Shown in pieces: positions 12,392 to 26,173 of a stretch of 56,307 nucleotides of DNA. A program made the translations under genes and the position numbers. The notes under the pieces were generated by a model. It was given only the letters and a program-made list of their open reading frames with translations, had not been told where the DNA came from and made no database searches. The stretch is from Vicugna vicugna (taxonomy: Eukaryota). Location: NCBI GenBank assembly GCA_013265495.1, contig MU058718.1, positions 4,609,648 to 4,665,954 on the forward strand, given 5' to 3'. Position 1 is the first letter of the stretch; each line of letters starts with the position of its first letter.

Positions 12392-12904
12392 TGCCCACTC
12401 TAGTCTTGATCTCCCTGACACCACAGCCTCAGACACCGTTGCCTCTTTCCCCACCCAGAGCTTGTTGCTGCTCCAAGGGGAGAGGGGAGCAAGGAGAGAA
12501 TAGGGGCTGCCCTCATGGAACCTTTCGTGTTCTAGATCACGTTCTCTAGGGCCGCTGAGTGGGAATTCCAAGACAGAAGCCAAACGAAAAACACCTATGG
12601 GTTGAGGAAGATTGACTGACCCAGTGTGTCCTCATGGATTTGCTTCTGATGGATTCAGAAGCAAGTTGTGACTCTGAACTGGTGAGGGGTGCTAAAAACT
12701 TACGCACCTAGTATTATGCAGGCAGGGCTGGTTCTAGCACCACAGGAGACAATGCTGGTCTGTTGACTTCCAACCTCCCCTCACATGGCGGCCACGGGAT
12801 ATGCCCCTCAGGTCTCTGACAGGTTTCCTGACTGTGGATAGCACAGTTGACCGAGGGCCCCAGCTGCTGTGCTCTGAAACCCATCCCAAATTTCCATTAA
12901 AAAT

Positions 12905-13134
12905 TTTTTATTTTTAAATTTATTTTTATTATTTTTTCCCAGATTTACTGAGGAATAATTGATACATCACAGTGTATAAGTTTCAGGTGCACCATGTGAT
13001 GATTTGGTAGATGTACATACTGAGAAATGATTACCACAGTAAGGTTAGTTAACACCTCTATCACCTCACATAATTACCATTTGTGTGTGGTGTGGTGTGT
13101 GTTGAGAACACTTAAGATCTACTGTCTTAGCAAC
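12905..13134 (-). mobile_element. Older L1M 3' end (resumes at ~13538-13575)
   Basis: 'atgattaccacagtaaggttagttaacacctctatcacctcacataattacc...gagaacacttaagatctact'. Confidence 0.75.
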
Positions 13135-13452
13135 TTTTTTTTAAAATTTCTTATTTTTTTATTGAAGTGTTGTCAACTTACAATGTTTCATATGTACAGC
13201 AAAGTGATTCAGTTATTCATATACATACATATATTTCAGATTGTTTTCCATTACAGCTCATTACAAGAAATTGACTATAGTTCCCTGTGTTATACAATAG
13301 GTCCTTACTGTTTATCTGTTTTATATGTAGTAATGTGTATCTGTTAATCCCAAACTCCCAGTTTATCCGTTCCTCCTGGTAACCACAGTTTGTTTTCTAT
13401 ATCCATGAGTCTATTTCCAGTTTGTAAATACAATTTATGTTTTTTTAGATTC
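13135..13452 (-). mobile_element. Young L1 3' end
   Basis: 'ttttattgaagt...tatagttccctgtgttatacaatagg...ctggtaaccac'; same family as 20030-20533 and 54845-55307. Confidence 0.85.
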
Positions 13453-13454
13453 TT

Positions 13455-13531
13455 AAGTGGAGGTCCTGGGGATTGAACCCAGGATGTCATGCATACTAAG
13501 CATACACTCTACCACTGAGCTATACCCTCCC
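13455..13531 (-). mobile_element. tRNA-derived SINE head (Vic-1-like)
   Basis: 'ggggattgaacccagg...ctctaccactgagctataccctccc'. Confidence 0.85.
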
Positions 13532-14564
13532 TGCCCATAATTTTTAGGTCTCTAATACAGTGTTCTTAGCTATCTTCTACCAATGCCATGCTTCTGCTCA
13601 GCTGCTCCCAGCCAGTGACTAAATAAGGAGGGGATTGTTTCTGGGAGATGTGAGACTTCTCTGATGGGCTGTTTCACCTCAGGAGTTGGTACCAGGGCTG
13701 GAGCTCAGGCCTTCAGGTCCTTGACCTATGCCCCACTGATTGGTGATCTGGAGAGAGGTTCTGGTTGGGTATGGAATGGCCCAGTCTCCTGAAGAAGACA
13801 GTGGCCTTTGGAGCCTTTCAAAGATCAGCTGCAGAAGGAGAAGAAACACTTGTTGAGAGGCAGGCAAACATTTCTCAAGCCTTCTTAAAATGGGAACAGC
13901 TGTAAAAGGTAAATCAGATGAAAAAGTCTGTTCCCTGCCTGGGAGTAAGCTTTTCTAAATAGTTGCCCGATCATCTGTGCCATCCACAGACATTGTCATT
14001 CCATTGGCACTGGTGTGCCTTCCCTAGTCGGGAGTCTAGGGTGTTGATCTGTATTGTCAATGACAAGCCAGGGAGATATAACATTCAGAATAAGCAGGCA
14101 TCAGGAATGTTTATGTGTCCTGTTAGCTAAAAACTCAGTTTTGTGCTGCCAGTAAAACCGGGTGACAGCTTTCTTCCAAGAATTTGTTTTCTTTGCCTGT
14201 TATTTGAAAATGTTGCTGTGTCTCAGCTGTACTTGGAAGGCAACAAATGGGACAAGACATGAATACGGCACGGTGTCAGATTCTGAAGCCACCCATGATA
14301 ACAGCAAGACTTGTTTTTAGATGACAAACAAAATTCTTTCTAGAGTGAAGAAGAGAGCGGGTGGGGAAAACCTGTTTCTCTAAATGAGTGTAGTGGATAG
14401 GCTGGCAGTAGACTCCTATTTGAAAACTTTCCCCCAAGATCCAGGAATGTCACTGAAGAAAAGGCATGACCTCTTCAAAAACGATGCTGGACACGCACGC
14501 ATACCTGGACCACATGCATGTCTCACACAGGATAGGTGCCCTATCCATTTTTACTGATAATGGT

Positions 14565-15108
14565 GATTACATTAGCTATGATGTATAACAAATTGCCCCC
14601 AAAACTTTGTGGCATAAAACAAGAAATATTTATTATCTCACACAGTTTCTGTGGTTCAGGAATTCAAGAGGGGCTTTGCTAGGTGGTTCTGGCTGAGGGT
14701 CTCTCCTGAGGTTACTGTCAAGGTGTTGGTCAGGGCCACAGTCCCCTGAAGGCTCAAATGGGGCTGGAGGAGCTACTTCTAAGGTGACTCACTCACATGC
14801 TTGGCAAATTTATGCAGATTGTTGGAAGGAGGCTTCAACTCCTTGCCACGTGGACCTCTTCATCCATAGGGCTGCTTGAGTGTCCTCGCAACATGACGGC
14901 TGGCTTCTGCAGAGCGAGCGGTGCAAGAGAGAGAGCAAGATGAAAGCCTCAGTGTATTTCATGACTGACTCTCGGAGGTCACTCTCCATCCTTTCTACCA
15001 CAATTTATTAAAAGAGAGGCACTTAGTCCACACCCAAAGAAGAGGAATTCAGCTCCACCAAAGGGAGGGGTATCAAAGAATGTGTGGACTTGTTTGAAAA
15101 CAACCACA
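14565..15108 (-). mobile_element. MLT1 LTR
   Basis: 'taacaaattgcccccaaaactt.gtggc.taaaacaa...tttattatctcacacagtttctgtgg.tcaggaattc...aaccaca'. Confidence 0.8.
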
Positions 15109-18100
15109 GTGACCTTTAAGATTTATGCAAAATGGGATACTGACATTCCTCACAAGAGCAGCTGCTTCCCTCTGAAGATGATAAAGTCTCTGGCATCAAT
15201 CCAGAAAAACTGTCACTGTCACAGCCCAGGTCGATAAAAAGAATGATGGAGAGTAAATGATCTTTTCATGGAAACAGATGAGAAGAGAAACCAACTTTCT
15301 GATGTTAAATGTGAGAAGGATTCACTCTTCAAGTTTCAGATGATGGTGGGTTTTATTTTGAGTTGAGTAGCCAGAGATAAGGTTGAGATTTTTTTCATTC
15401 ATGAAGAATGCTTGAGTGTGGGATTTGGGCCTCCTTCGTTCCCTGCTTTAACATTAGGATCCTAATTTAAATCCTCTTTTCCTCATGACTTCTCAAATTT
15501 CCTTCTTAAAAGAAAAGCCTCTGCTTTTACTCTGGATGGTGAGTCACTCTTCTCCAGAACTAACGTGGGGACACATATGCAATTGGAAGCATGAGATAGG
15601 GCTGAGTGAAAGACCCTACTTTGCTTCCTCTGTGATTTGGATCTCCTTTTACTTTAAAATGTGACCTCCTCCCCCAAATGTCAAATCTGACTTTTATCAA
15701 AGACTAATTCTGAACTTGGGGAACAGGAAAGCTTTGCTCTAGCTATTTTGGATCTGTTTTCTCAGCTCTAAAGAGAGATCTGATAGCACTTAGGACACTT
15801 TAACATCCTTGGCAAAAATAATTTGCATATCTTAAAACCAAGCGGAAGATGGTAGTTATTATAGAGAATATTTCACGGGTGGTGAATTAGTCATGGCAAT
15901 AGATTTCTGTATGGGAGGATTTCTTAGATGGTAGGATGAGATAAATGAATCACGGTGTATGAACACATATGAATGTAAAGGGCTATTCATCATCGTTCCA
16001 AAATGCCTCAAAATCTAAAAACGATTTTCTGATTAAATGGCTTTCATTGGCACAGCTTGTTTAAGGAGATAACTTTTCTCTAAGTGGGCAGGGGGGATGC
16101 TGATCCCGCATCTAACTTGGTTCCCGTTTTGGGTCTCTCTTCATTCTGGGGGAAAGCAGAGCTTAGCCGTGTCAGGGCAGCACAAGCCTGGCTGTTGGAT
16201 ACATGTCTATTTGAGCATTAGGGCTGGGAGTCGGGAACAGCCCTTCAGCTGGTGGTGACCCTTTTTCATCCTGGTGTTCCTAATCATTCCTGGAGCTTTC
16301 GTGCTCCGACCCCATTCCTGGCCTATCACTGACTTCCCTGGGGTAGAGAAGATGCTCTTTTGATGTTGACTGTCAACCATCACATTGTCCCCATTAGCCG
16401 ATAAGTCAGTCTACAGTGAGGCTGTGTGTGCATAATCATAGTGAAAAATGAGAGTTTTAACAGCTCAGGGAAGCATCCTGGGAGAGCAAGTACAAACCTC
16501 ATCATGGAAAAACCCTATGCGAACAGGAATCTACTCATGGTGTTTTCTCTGCTGTGTGTTACTTGGGCATGTGAGTAATTACTCTACACATGATACTGGC
16601 CCTTAGATTTATTTATACTCAGACATGTTCCCCAGGCGTTTCCAGGACAGAATCCATAGAATAGGATAAATGGTGATATTGCCGTGGGTGCTGATGAACC
16701 ACATTCAAGGTTGGCATTAGATTTTTAGTAGGACCCCCCTCTTCCCACATAATTAGACTAATCAAGACAGAGATTTAAGGGGCTTAGCCAGGACTTGAAA
16801 GAACAGCTGCTCAATGATAAAATAAAATTTAGATAGTTTTTTTTTTTACCTAAGGAATCTGTGGTTTACTTTTTTTTTTTTTTTAAAGCAAAGCACCTGT
16901 GAACCAGAATGCGGGAGAATTGCAGTTTTTATCTTTATGATAATACTTGCCACTCTGATCCGCAACCTGGACTGAAGTCTTTTTCCTCTTGCCATCTTCT
17001 GCCTCCCTCTCTCTTTTAATCTCTGCTCAGTGCTTGTTGACTTGCATGTATGAATAGTAACGCCTACTGACAGGCAGGGCTCAGGAGACACAATTTGGTT
17101 GCCAGCTTTTCCTACCGCCATCCCCGTCAGCATCTTGCATTGATTTTGAGTGTAATCAGTGTTTCTCGTTACTGCTGTGCCTGCTCCTCCCTGGCTCTGC
17201 TTTTCCTCCTCCGGCTCCCTTCCCTGGCGTTGGCGTGGCAGCGGTTTGCTGGGAACAGCTCGATTTCACTCTACAGAAATACCAGAGGGATCAGTCGGAG
17301 GGCTATTCCTGTGTTCTAGAGGCAAATAGCTCACACTGTCTTTTTTAATCGAATAATTTCTTGCCTGTTTTGTCATTGATCATATCCTTCGTTTGAAATA
17401 AGATGATACTCCAGCTAGGAATTACAGGTCTCCATCGCAGTGCCCTTTGAACACTAGCTTGGTATTAGGAGAGAGATGAGACCAGCTTCTAATCAAAATT
17501 CACTGCATGAGGTTCTGTCTTTTCAATAGGGGACGTTAAAAAAAATTGGGAGGAGAGGGGAAGAGGGAGGAAGCCATAAACATCACCATAATGGGAAAGT
17601 CCATGATAAAAGTGAAGGAGTCCACTGGAGGAAATTTTTTTTTTCCCTTGAGAAAGCAGCCCATCTTTCCAACGCAAGGCCCTCTGTAGACTTCAATGAC
17701 TGACAAGGCTGATGCTCTATATTAGCGTTCAGTGGGGGAAATGCGTTTAAGCAGTTCCCAGTGACTGATCGCAAGGCTAATGGCAGCGTCTTTCCGAGGA
17801 GGCTGAAACCCCTGCAAATCTGCACCCCAGACACCTCTTCCTCTGGCACTTCCCTTCCAGCCCATCTGCTGCCAACCAGTATCGCACAGTAGGATGATTG
17901 GCCAGGAGGTCTGTGCCATCTCAGGGCAAGCTTCCTTTGAACTTGAAATATGTATCCACCTTTGGACACAGGGGCACACGGGTGGCGTCACATCTCCGTG
18001 TGAGATCTGGAGAAAGGGCATGGGTATGACTTCTTTCCATTACCACAGGTTTTCATCTTTTACTCACTTATTTTGCTTCTCGTATAATGTTTTCAAAATA

Positions 18101-20029
18101 GCTCCAGGAGCATTGTTTGAAGTTTCAGCAGCCATGGGATAATTCACACAAAGTACCTTTTATCCCCCCTTCCCAGACATTCCAGGCTGTGTTTGTGTAT
18201 TTTTAAACCTGTCCGTAGTTATTTCAGATGAATGGCTGTGTCTGCTTAGTCCCTCCTCCCTCCTGAGTATATGAGAACCTCTTTAAAGATATAAAAGTGT
18301 CCTGTGAATGCTTTTAGCTGTAAAACGTTTTGTGCAAGCATCAGGTCCCTTTGTTGTATGAACACCACAAACTTAATATTCCTATAAAATAGGTCTTGGA
18401 CTTAAAAAAGGCTAGTTTGTTGATCTATTGATTGCCCCAGGCCAAGCAAGCTAATTCTTCAGCGCTACTTCTGCCTGTATTGAACAGGTTGATCCTTCCA
18501 GGTCAAATAACACACATCGCTAAAATAATATTAAGGTTTGTTGTGGCACAAACCAAAGAGCTGAGAAGATCCATCATTATCACCTGATGCCTCTGCTCTT
18601 TAATTTATATGATTATAAAAAGATGGAGGAAGAAGCAAAGAAAAGTACTGGGAAATGTATTCAAAGTGATCTACAGTGTTCTTAATAAAAATGCCCTTCC
18701 TTTATGAGCACCTGAATGGGCATTATAAATATCACCAGCAATGGGAATTTTAATCAAAGCTTTACAGCTCTTTCTTTTTCAAGACTTTGACTTCCTGACC
18801 AAGTTAACTTCTAGCCTGAGAGTTTCTGGCTTCCGTATTGATCTTAGGAGGACCCTTGCTCCTATTTTTGTGTTGGCTCTTTACCAGTTTAAGTTGGTCT
18901 CCTTTTGTGTTCCTCCAAAAGTGATTTTTCTTATAAAAAGGAATATGGTGAACATTTTGTAAAAACTTGAGAATGACTCAGGAAAGGAAAGCAACAGACT
19001 GGATGTCATCTTACTCATGGAGAGAGGTGCAGGGACCACCCCCTCACGTGATGCTGTGGGGCATCTGTGAGCCTTGAGATGTAGATGATGCAGGTTTTTC
19101 CCGCTTGGTTGGCTGCGCTGGGTCATCCTCAGACTTTCTCCTTTTCCTACGCAATTCAGGATTTAACTGGATGTTATCTCTGCAACAGGCGCAGTCTTGA
19201 TCAATAAAAGGAACTGGGAGATGTGAATCTGAACATGGGGCAAAGTATCAGATGACCAAAGTGTGATGTTGCTCCTTTAAAGCTCTGACTGGCTATGAGT
19301 AAACAAAGAAGGAAGCAAACAAGAAACTTCCATGGGACAATGACATGGAAATGTCTGTGGAAGTCTGGAGATGTACTTAGTAACTGAGCGCAGTACTAAG
19401 TGCTTTGTAAATACTTACGGAAGGAAACTATACATACAGACAGGAATGAACAAAACAAGAGGGGAAGGGAAACAGAGACGCCACACAAGAGAGAGGCAAG
19501 TAGCTGGGGTTAATTTTCTCAGGAGCTGCTTTCTCACCTTTCCTTCCTAATATAATGGAGATCTCAGTTTGAGAAACTGAGCTGTTTTTATCCCTGGGTT
19601 TCTTTATTCTGTCTGGGCAGGTAATTGGGAGACACTGCTGATACTCAAGGACTCAACCTACTTTCTGACTTCAGAATCTACCCTACAGTAAGACGTCACA
19701 AGAGCAAACACATCTTCTAACATGTTGTAAAGGTATTATACATGAAAAAGAATGGAGTATATCCTACAAGCAGCTGGGCACATTTCCCCATTCTGATTGG
19801 CAGAACGACTGGGCTGTGTAGGCACCTGCATTTAGAACTTCCCTCGAGCTTAGTGGTTCTCAAAATTAAATCTGTTTAAGAATTCTGACTATAGAATTGA
19901 ATGCAGGAAATCAGAAGCACAGTACTTTGTGGGTGATTTTAAGGGTAATTTTATGTATATATAATTAATTCAGATATAATTTAGATAGTACAGTATTTAC
20001 ATTTATTATATATGATTTTTAAGGCTAAT

Positions 20030-20533
20030 TTTATTTATTTTATTTTGCTGTACTCCTTGATTTTATTTATTTATTTAAAAAATTTTTTTTATTGAAGTAT
20101 ATTTGATTTACAATGTTGTGTGAGTTTCTGGCATACAGCAGAGGGATTCAGTTAGACGTACATGAATATTCTTTTTCATATTCTTTTTCACTATAGGTTA
20201 TTACAAGTTACTGAATATAGTACAGTAGTAGGACCTTGGTGTTTATCTGTTTAACATATAGTAGTTTGTATCTGCTAATCCCACACTCCTAGTTTATCCC
20301 TCTTTCACCTTCTTTCCTCTTTGGTAACCATAAATTTGTTTTCCATGTTTGTGATTCTCCTTCTGGTTTGCAAATAAGTTCATTTGTGTCATTTTTTAAG
20401 ATCCCACATGTAAGTGACATCATATGGTATTTGTCTTTCTCTTTCTGACTTACTTCACTTAGTATGATCACTCCTAGGTCCATCCATGTTGCTGCAAGTG
20501 GCATTATTTTATCCTTTTTTGTGGCTGTGTAGT
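20030..20533 (-). mobile_element. 5'-truncated L1 3' end
   Basis: Translation KIMPLAATWMDL..IILSEVSQKEKDKYHM is the ORF2 end; possible TSD ctaatttta on both sides. Confidence 0.9.
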
Positions 20534-21024
20534 CCCTAATTTTAAAGCCTAGGTCTCTGTAGAATGTGACTCCACCATAGATCATCATATGCTCTAGCTG
20601 ACTGTGAGAAGGACTCAAAAGTGTCCCAGGGAGAATGAGCCTGGCGTGAGACAAGAAGAGGGATGCTAAATACAGACTGGTGTTCTTCACACAGCTCACT
20701 GTTGCTTGGCTTAGCTCTGCAGCCCTTAAGGGAACAGAGGAGGGAAGATGAAAGGTTCTTTCCTGAGTTTCTGGGGAGGCAGAATGGATGAGAAGACCAA
20801 GCCTTAGGCCTCTTCTGCTATGTTTTGCAGAGGAAGCAGATGAGGGTGTCATGATTGGATGATATTGGAAGCTTTGGCCACACTCCTGGCGATAAGCAGA
20901 GGACGCATCATAGTCATCCATGACAGGAGAGGATGAAGTTGGTGGCTGGTACATGGCAGGTGAGAGATTTCTGTGAGAGGACTTCCCCGGTTAGAGGCAA
21001 TTTATCAAATTAAATTAAGAGTTT

Positions 21025-21245
21025 GAGAGTTAGTTAAGAGTTCTGATTCCAGACACAGACAGACTGCATTTATATCCCAGCTCTGCCATTTAATAATTTG
21101 GAGTTCTTGGGCAAGATAGTTACTGATCTGCTCTAAGTCTCATTTTCCTGTGTGTAAAGTGGATAATAATTTTACTTGCCATGCAAGGTGTTGATGAAGA
21201 TTAGAGACATACTTAAAGCACCTGCCACCGATGGTAGCTGTGACT
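21025..21245 (+). mobile_element. MIR SINE
   Basis: 'tcccagctctgccattt...cttgggcaag...tctcattttcct..gtgtaaagtgg'. Confidence 0.6.
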
Positions 21246-22479
21246 ATCCTTTTTCTTACTTGGGCACCTTTCATAAGGAGACGTGATGATTTTGAATTGT
21301 TCATCCCTCCACTCATAATTTATTGTGTATGTACTGTGAGTTGAGTACCAGGCCAGGCTCTGGGGATGTAGGAAGGCAGTGAGCTGGAAAGCAGGTATGG
21401 CTGAAAAGAAGCTATTTCATGGAAGATGTGGTATCAGGATACTTGAGTTGGATTGGGTTGTGACTGTGATTTGGGATAAAAAATTGCCACCATAAAATTG
21501 GATCTTAGTGTTCAAGTGAATATTACACTTGAGCAAGATTCAGCGACATTAAACCTCTTGTCATAAAGACAGAGGTAATGGCTTTCTGTGGGCAGAGTAG
21601 TAGAAATGCTTCGATTGTTAAGTATTTATATAACCCTTTATATTTGCAATGAATGCACTTCATCATTTCCCTGAAGTTAATGTCTAGAAATATTTCCTAG
21701 TGGGAAGAGACTGCCATGCCTAGCACTTTGTGAGTTTTTGGCAAGTATTAAAGGACCCCCAAGAAGGCCATATTCAAGAAAGGAGGCAAAGCTAGCTTTA
21801 AAGTAAGGTGAGGAGAGCTAACGTCTCTTTGCTTCTTTGAGTTATCTTCCTCTGGTCCCCCGTCTGAAAATTTCCTGGAGAGTAACACAATCCCCTGTAG
21901 ATGCATCTGACTCCTTTCGGTGCACTGGATGGAGAATTTGTTCCTGGGGAGTGCCTGGCTCGGTACCATTCCTGCTCTTCCCTTTGTGATGACTCTTCCA
22001 GGACTTTCTTCACTGTTGGGCACAGGGTGTGAGGCCTCAGAGTGGCCAATAGGGCTCATAATGTTACATGAACAGGGATGAGAGAGGAAGAGGCTAAAAT
22101 AATGACTGCTTATTTTTCTTATATGAGACTTTTATTTGATGTAACTACCACTACATTTTCGGCTAAGAATAGAGTTGATTATATTCCATTAGTCTTCCAT
22201 TTGAATCAGAATTTCTTCCCAGGAACATGGTTTTGCTGTCTAGGTATAATTTCTCTCGACTTTTCTACCATCAGTGAACAGGAACGATTACTGTGGTGCC
22301 TCTACTTTCCAGCTTGAGATACTCAAATGTGCCCAGTTTAGCTCTCTCAATAAAACAAAAGTGTGGTAGTGCCTCTAGATTTCTAACAGATGAGATAAAA
22401 GAATAAAGAAAGTCATCTGCAAAAAGGGGGGACATGCAGGACTATGTGAGATGTAACTGACGTATAGATAAAAAAGAGT

Positions 22480-22725
22480 TACCACTGATTGAATAGTTAT
22501 CACATTGGAGGCAAAGAGCTAAGCATTTTACATAGATTCTTCCTATTTCAATTTCAAGACAATACCACGAGGAGTATATTATCACTTTTATTTTGCAGAT
22601 GATGGTAAGGAAACTGAGGCATGCAGAATAAGTAGCTTGTTCAATTTCATGTGCCTGGGAAATATTGAAGATAAGGTTTGAACCCACAGATGACTCCCAG
22701 ATAATGTGTTCTTGATCACTACATG
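22480..22725 (-). mobile_element. MIR SINE
   Basis: 'attttgcagatg...ggaaactgaggc...tttgaaccca'. Confidence 0.6.
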
Positions 22726-22789
22726 ATGTGACCTCCCATCATGTAATGAGATTTTAAAACAAATGTGCCAGAGTATATACATCTAAATA

Positions 22790-23140
22790 AAGACTGTGTC
22801 CTTCTAAACCATCACCTTGAAAGATCACACAACTATTTCAGTGAAGCAGCTATAGCTTAGAACATTGTTGAAACTTCTTTTGAATATTGACAAATCTTAA
22901 TCCTTTGAGGGTGGATTTGATCTTTGGAAATGTCTGTAAGTCACTTGGAGTTGAGTCTGTTGAATAAGGTGGATCATCAAGTTGGCTTGTTGGATGGGTC
23001 TAATTTTTCATCTAAATAAGGTGTAAATTATAAAGACATGTATGGACTTAACATGTCCTGAACGCAGTTCCAGAAACATTTTGGGCAATGGAAGTGTGAC
23101 TGAACGTGTACATCTGTTGGGGTGATTGCTTTGAAGGATG
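22790..23140. mobile_element. Ancient mariner-type (MARNA-like) fragment; related pieces at ~24460-24720 and ~25380-25480
   Basis: 'tttgagggtggatttgatctttggaaa...aagtcacttggag...tgaataaggtggatcatcaagttgg...ttccagaaacattttgggcaatgg'. Confidence 0.5.
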
Positions 23141-23781
23141 TTACAGGAAGTCCACATAGAGTTTTATTTTGGGATGCTCACACCTTGCACAAACATAGAT
23201 ACACTTGTACAGACTGAGTTGATGAGCACGTTAAATCATCTTTAAATGTTTTTGTGGTTTAAAAGAATTGTCTTTTTCAAGAGCAATGTGTTGTCTCAAC
23301 AGCTATTTAAGCATATTCCTTGTAAAATGTTCCATCTATCAAGATGTCCTGAATTGCTATGCATTGAATTCCCTTTTGACTCCTTTGTTCACATTATTTG
23401 TAACTTTTTCTTTATGTAAATATAGAAAAATGATCTTGTACATGCTTCCTGCTCTCTTCCCATTTCATACTTATGAGAGAGAAAAAGTTGGAAAGGAAGT
23501 GCTGAATGAGTGAACATTAATAGTCTCCCATATCAACCTATGTAAAAATATGTTTTGTGAAAATTGAAGTCACATGCTTTGAAGCACAGTACATTGAGGA
23601 TAATGAAGCTGAAAGCAAAGTCTGAGTTCAGAAATATATGAAATAAGAACATAATCATCTACAGTAGTACAAAAGTCAGATGTGTGGTGTGTTGAAGCCC
23701 AGAAGAGTTTGAAATTTTAGGTAAAAACTTCTGTTAAAAATTTCATGCTATAAAAATGGAGAAAGTACTTTGGTTGCCATG

Positions 23782-23982
23782 CAGTAGTATCCTGGGGCTC
23801 AAACAGGCTCACGGGAGCCTATTGCTAAATTTTCAGGAATTTTGTGAGCCAGTTGGTGTCATGTAGGTAGTCTGAAGTCAGCCATGGGAGGAGCGTGTGC
23901 AAATTGGCAAATGCCGCAAAGAGTGATTTTTTTCCTCTCTCAGGGACTGAGAGTAATTTTTAAACATTACTAGAACACTACT
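23782..23982. mobile_element. MER63-like hAT element
   Basis: 'ggctcacgggagcctattgctaaattttcaggaattttgtgagccagttg'. Confidence 0.7.
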
Positions 23983-24744
23983 AGTTGTATGTCTGTTTAA
24001 GTTTTACTTATCTTTGCCCCCTATTAGCATATGCATTATTCTCAGAATTATGATTCTGAGGGTCCCTCCTATTAACGACATTGGGAATCATCATGGAAAC
24101 TAAACTTAGATCAACAGAAAAGCAAACTGATTACTTCCCAAGATTTCCCTGGTGACACACTATGTTCTGCGGAATTTTACATGAGTGGTATGGTGAGCAA
24201 ATCTCTGGGATTTTCTGGAATTCTTATGTTCAGCAGAGATAAAATACCACTTGCTATCTTCCACCCAAGGAAGTTGTGAGGATTCATACAGATAAAAGAT
24301 AAAAAGCTGTCTATAAAGTAATGATGCTGATTTGCACAAACCAGACCCCAACAAGTGTCAGGACTTCATCTTTATATACTTCACATGTGGTGAGACTCTG
24401 ATGCAATAAGAGTTGTTGAATTGATGCACCAGATCTTCTACCTTTGACTGAACATTGTCTTCTTCAACAGTTTCCCTTTGGGAGGCAGTGCATTATTTAA
24501 ATGATGCTTCTACTGCCCAAAATATATTTGGATCTCCTTTTGGAGGTAAGTCAGAGTCACTTCACAAACCAAACAAGAAAACGCGTTTAATTATTTTAGA
24601 GGCACAGCTCATCTTGTACTCAGAATGGTGGTATCTAACAAGGTCGTGCTTTTATTATCAGGGTCTAAATGACCTGGGGGAAGTTTTCAGAAGTTAAACC
24701 TTTTCTCAAAAGATGGAAATTTGCCATCACCAAAGAAAGGGGCG

Positions 24745-25330
24745 GCGGGGGGAGAAGAGAGGAACCAGACACTCTCATGCATTGTTGAAGATATAAAAAT
24801 TCACATAGTCTCTTTGGAGAGAACTTTGGAAATGCTCATCAAGTATAAATGAACTTAACCTTTGACCCAGCAATTACACTTCTTGGACTGTATCTGACTG
24901 ATACACTTATAAAAGTACAGAAATAATCTTGTACGGATTATTTATGGTAACAGGAAAAGATTAGAGGAAACATAAATATCCAACAATAGGAGACATGTTA
25001 AGTGATTATAGAACATCCATAAATTAGAATACTCTTCCATCATTAGTAAAAATGAGGCAGAGATATATGTGCTGATAAGGAACAACCTCTAAGATATTAT
25101 GTGAAAAAACAGAAGAGCGTACTACCATCTTTGTTAAAAAAGGATATAAATACATATTGATTTATAAGCCTCTATATCTATATATCTATGTCTCTATTTG
25201 TATGTATCTCATCTCTGGAAGGATTTGAAGAAACAGGTAGCACACTCATTCTAGGGAGGAGAACTAGGAAACCAAGGGCAAAGGTTGAGAAGGGGATATT
25301 TTTTTCATCTTGTAATATTTGAATTTTTAA
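24745..25330 (+). mobile_element. Ancient L1M 3' fragment
   Basis: 'ctttgacccagcaattacacttct...aaatatccaacaatagg...gaatact'. Confidence 0.65.
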
Positions 25331-25502
25331 ATACATACTTTCAAAAAACAAATAGAATAAGTGTCAGGCACAAGGTGATTTTCATGCAATTTCTAAAAGT
25401 TTTCAATAGTGGCAGTACCACTATTTAAATAAAGAAATGATAAGGATGCTATGAACAAAGATTTGCCACTTGGAGGGGACCCAGATGCATATGTTTCTTG
25501 AA

Positions 25503-25610
25503 CATATATATGAATCTTTAACATATATATATAGGTAATATATATATGTTATAAATACATATAAGTGTGTGTGTGTATGTGTGTGTGTGTATGTATGTAT
25601 ATATATATAT
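25503..25610. repeat. Compound (TA)n/(TG)n microsatellite
   Basis: Directly visible dinucleotide runs. Confidence 0.85.
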
Positions 25611-25763
25611 TTCTTAAAGAAATGTTCCTCTGTTTTAATCTCCTTTTACAGAAGGATTCCACATTGGTGGGAAGGTGCTAAAGACAACAATGTAATGCCT
25701 GGACCTTAACGACTCTGCAAAAGCAGGGACCACCATGTTTATTCACACCCAAGCCTAGAATAG

Positions 25764-26173
25764 TGTCTGAGTTAGCAAGTTGCAAGCAGTGTAAACCAGC
25801 CCTAACAAATTTAAGTAGGAAAGGATGTCAGATAGCTCACAGAATTCTGGGAGGGATAGAGAACCAGGCTTAGCGTTATGTAGCCAAGATAATGCCCCAA
25901 TCAATGAAAAGTGCAAATGCTACTATGGATCCTGCTGATATCAAGATGCCTGAGTTGGGACCATTGTCACACTCACTTTGGACCCTGGGTGAAGCTGCGG
26001 GCACACTTCACTTTGCTTCTGTCCTATTGGTCAGAAATTAGTCACATGACCAACAGGGAACTGTATTACTTATGCTGGATGGCCATGTGCCCAGCTAAAA
26101 CTCTGATGCTCTGTTACAGTAAGAGGTAGAGGGGAGAATGGATATTGTGAGACAATTAGCGGTCTGTCTCACA
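25764..26173 (-). mobile_element. Old MLT1 (J/K-like) LTR
   Basis: 'cctattggtcagaaattagtcacatgacca...gccatgtgcccagctaaaa...gagaatggatattg..agacaattagc'. Confidence 0.65.

Noticed and set aside
16846..17133. 95-aa minus-strand ORF ending at an AG|GTAAAA donor-like site
   Set aside because: Runs through a poly-A tract, shows no recognisable protein, and has a weak donor
20289..20954. Longest ORF (221 aa)
   Set aside because: The C-terminal part is L1 ORF2 end plus 3'UTR read-through; the rest is a chance-length open frame with no recognisable homology
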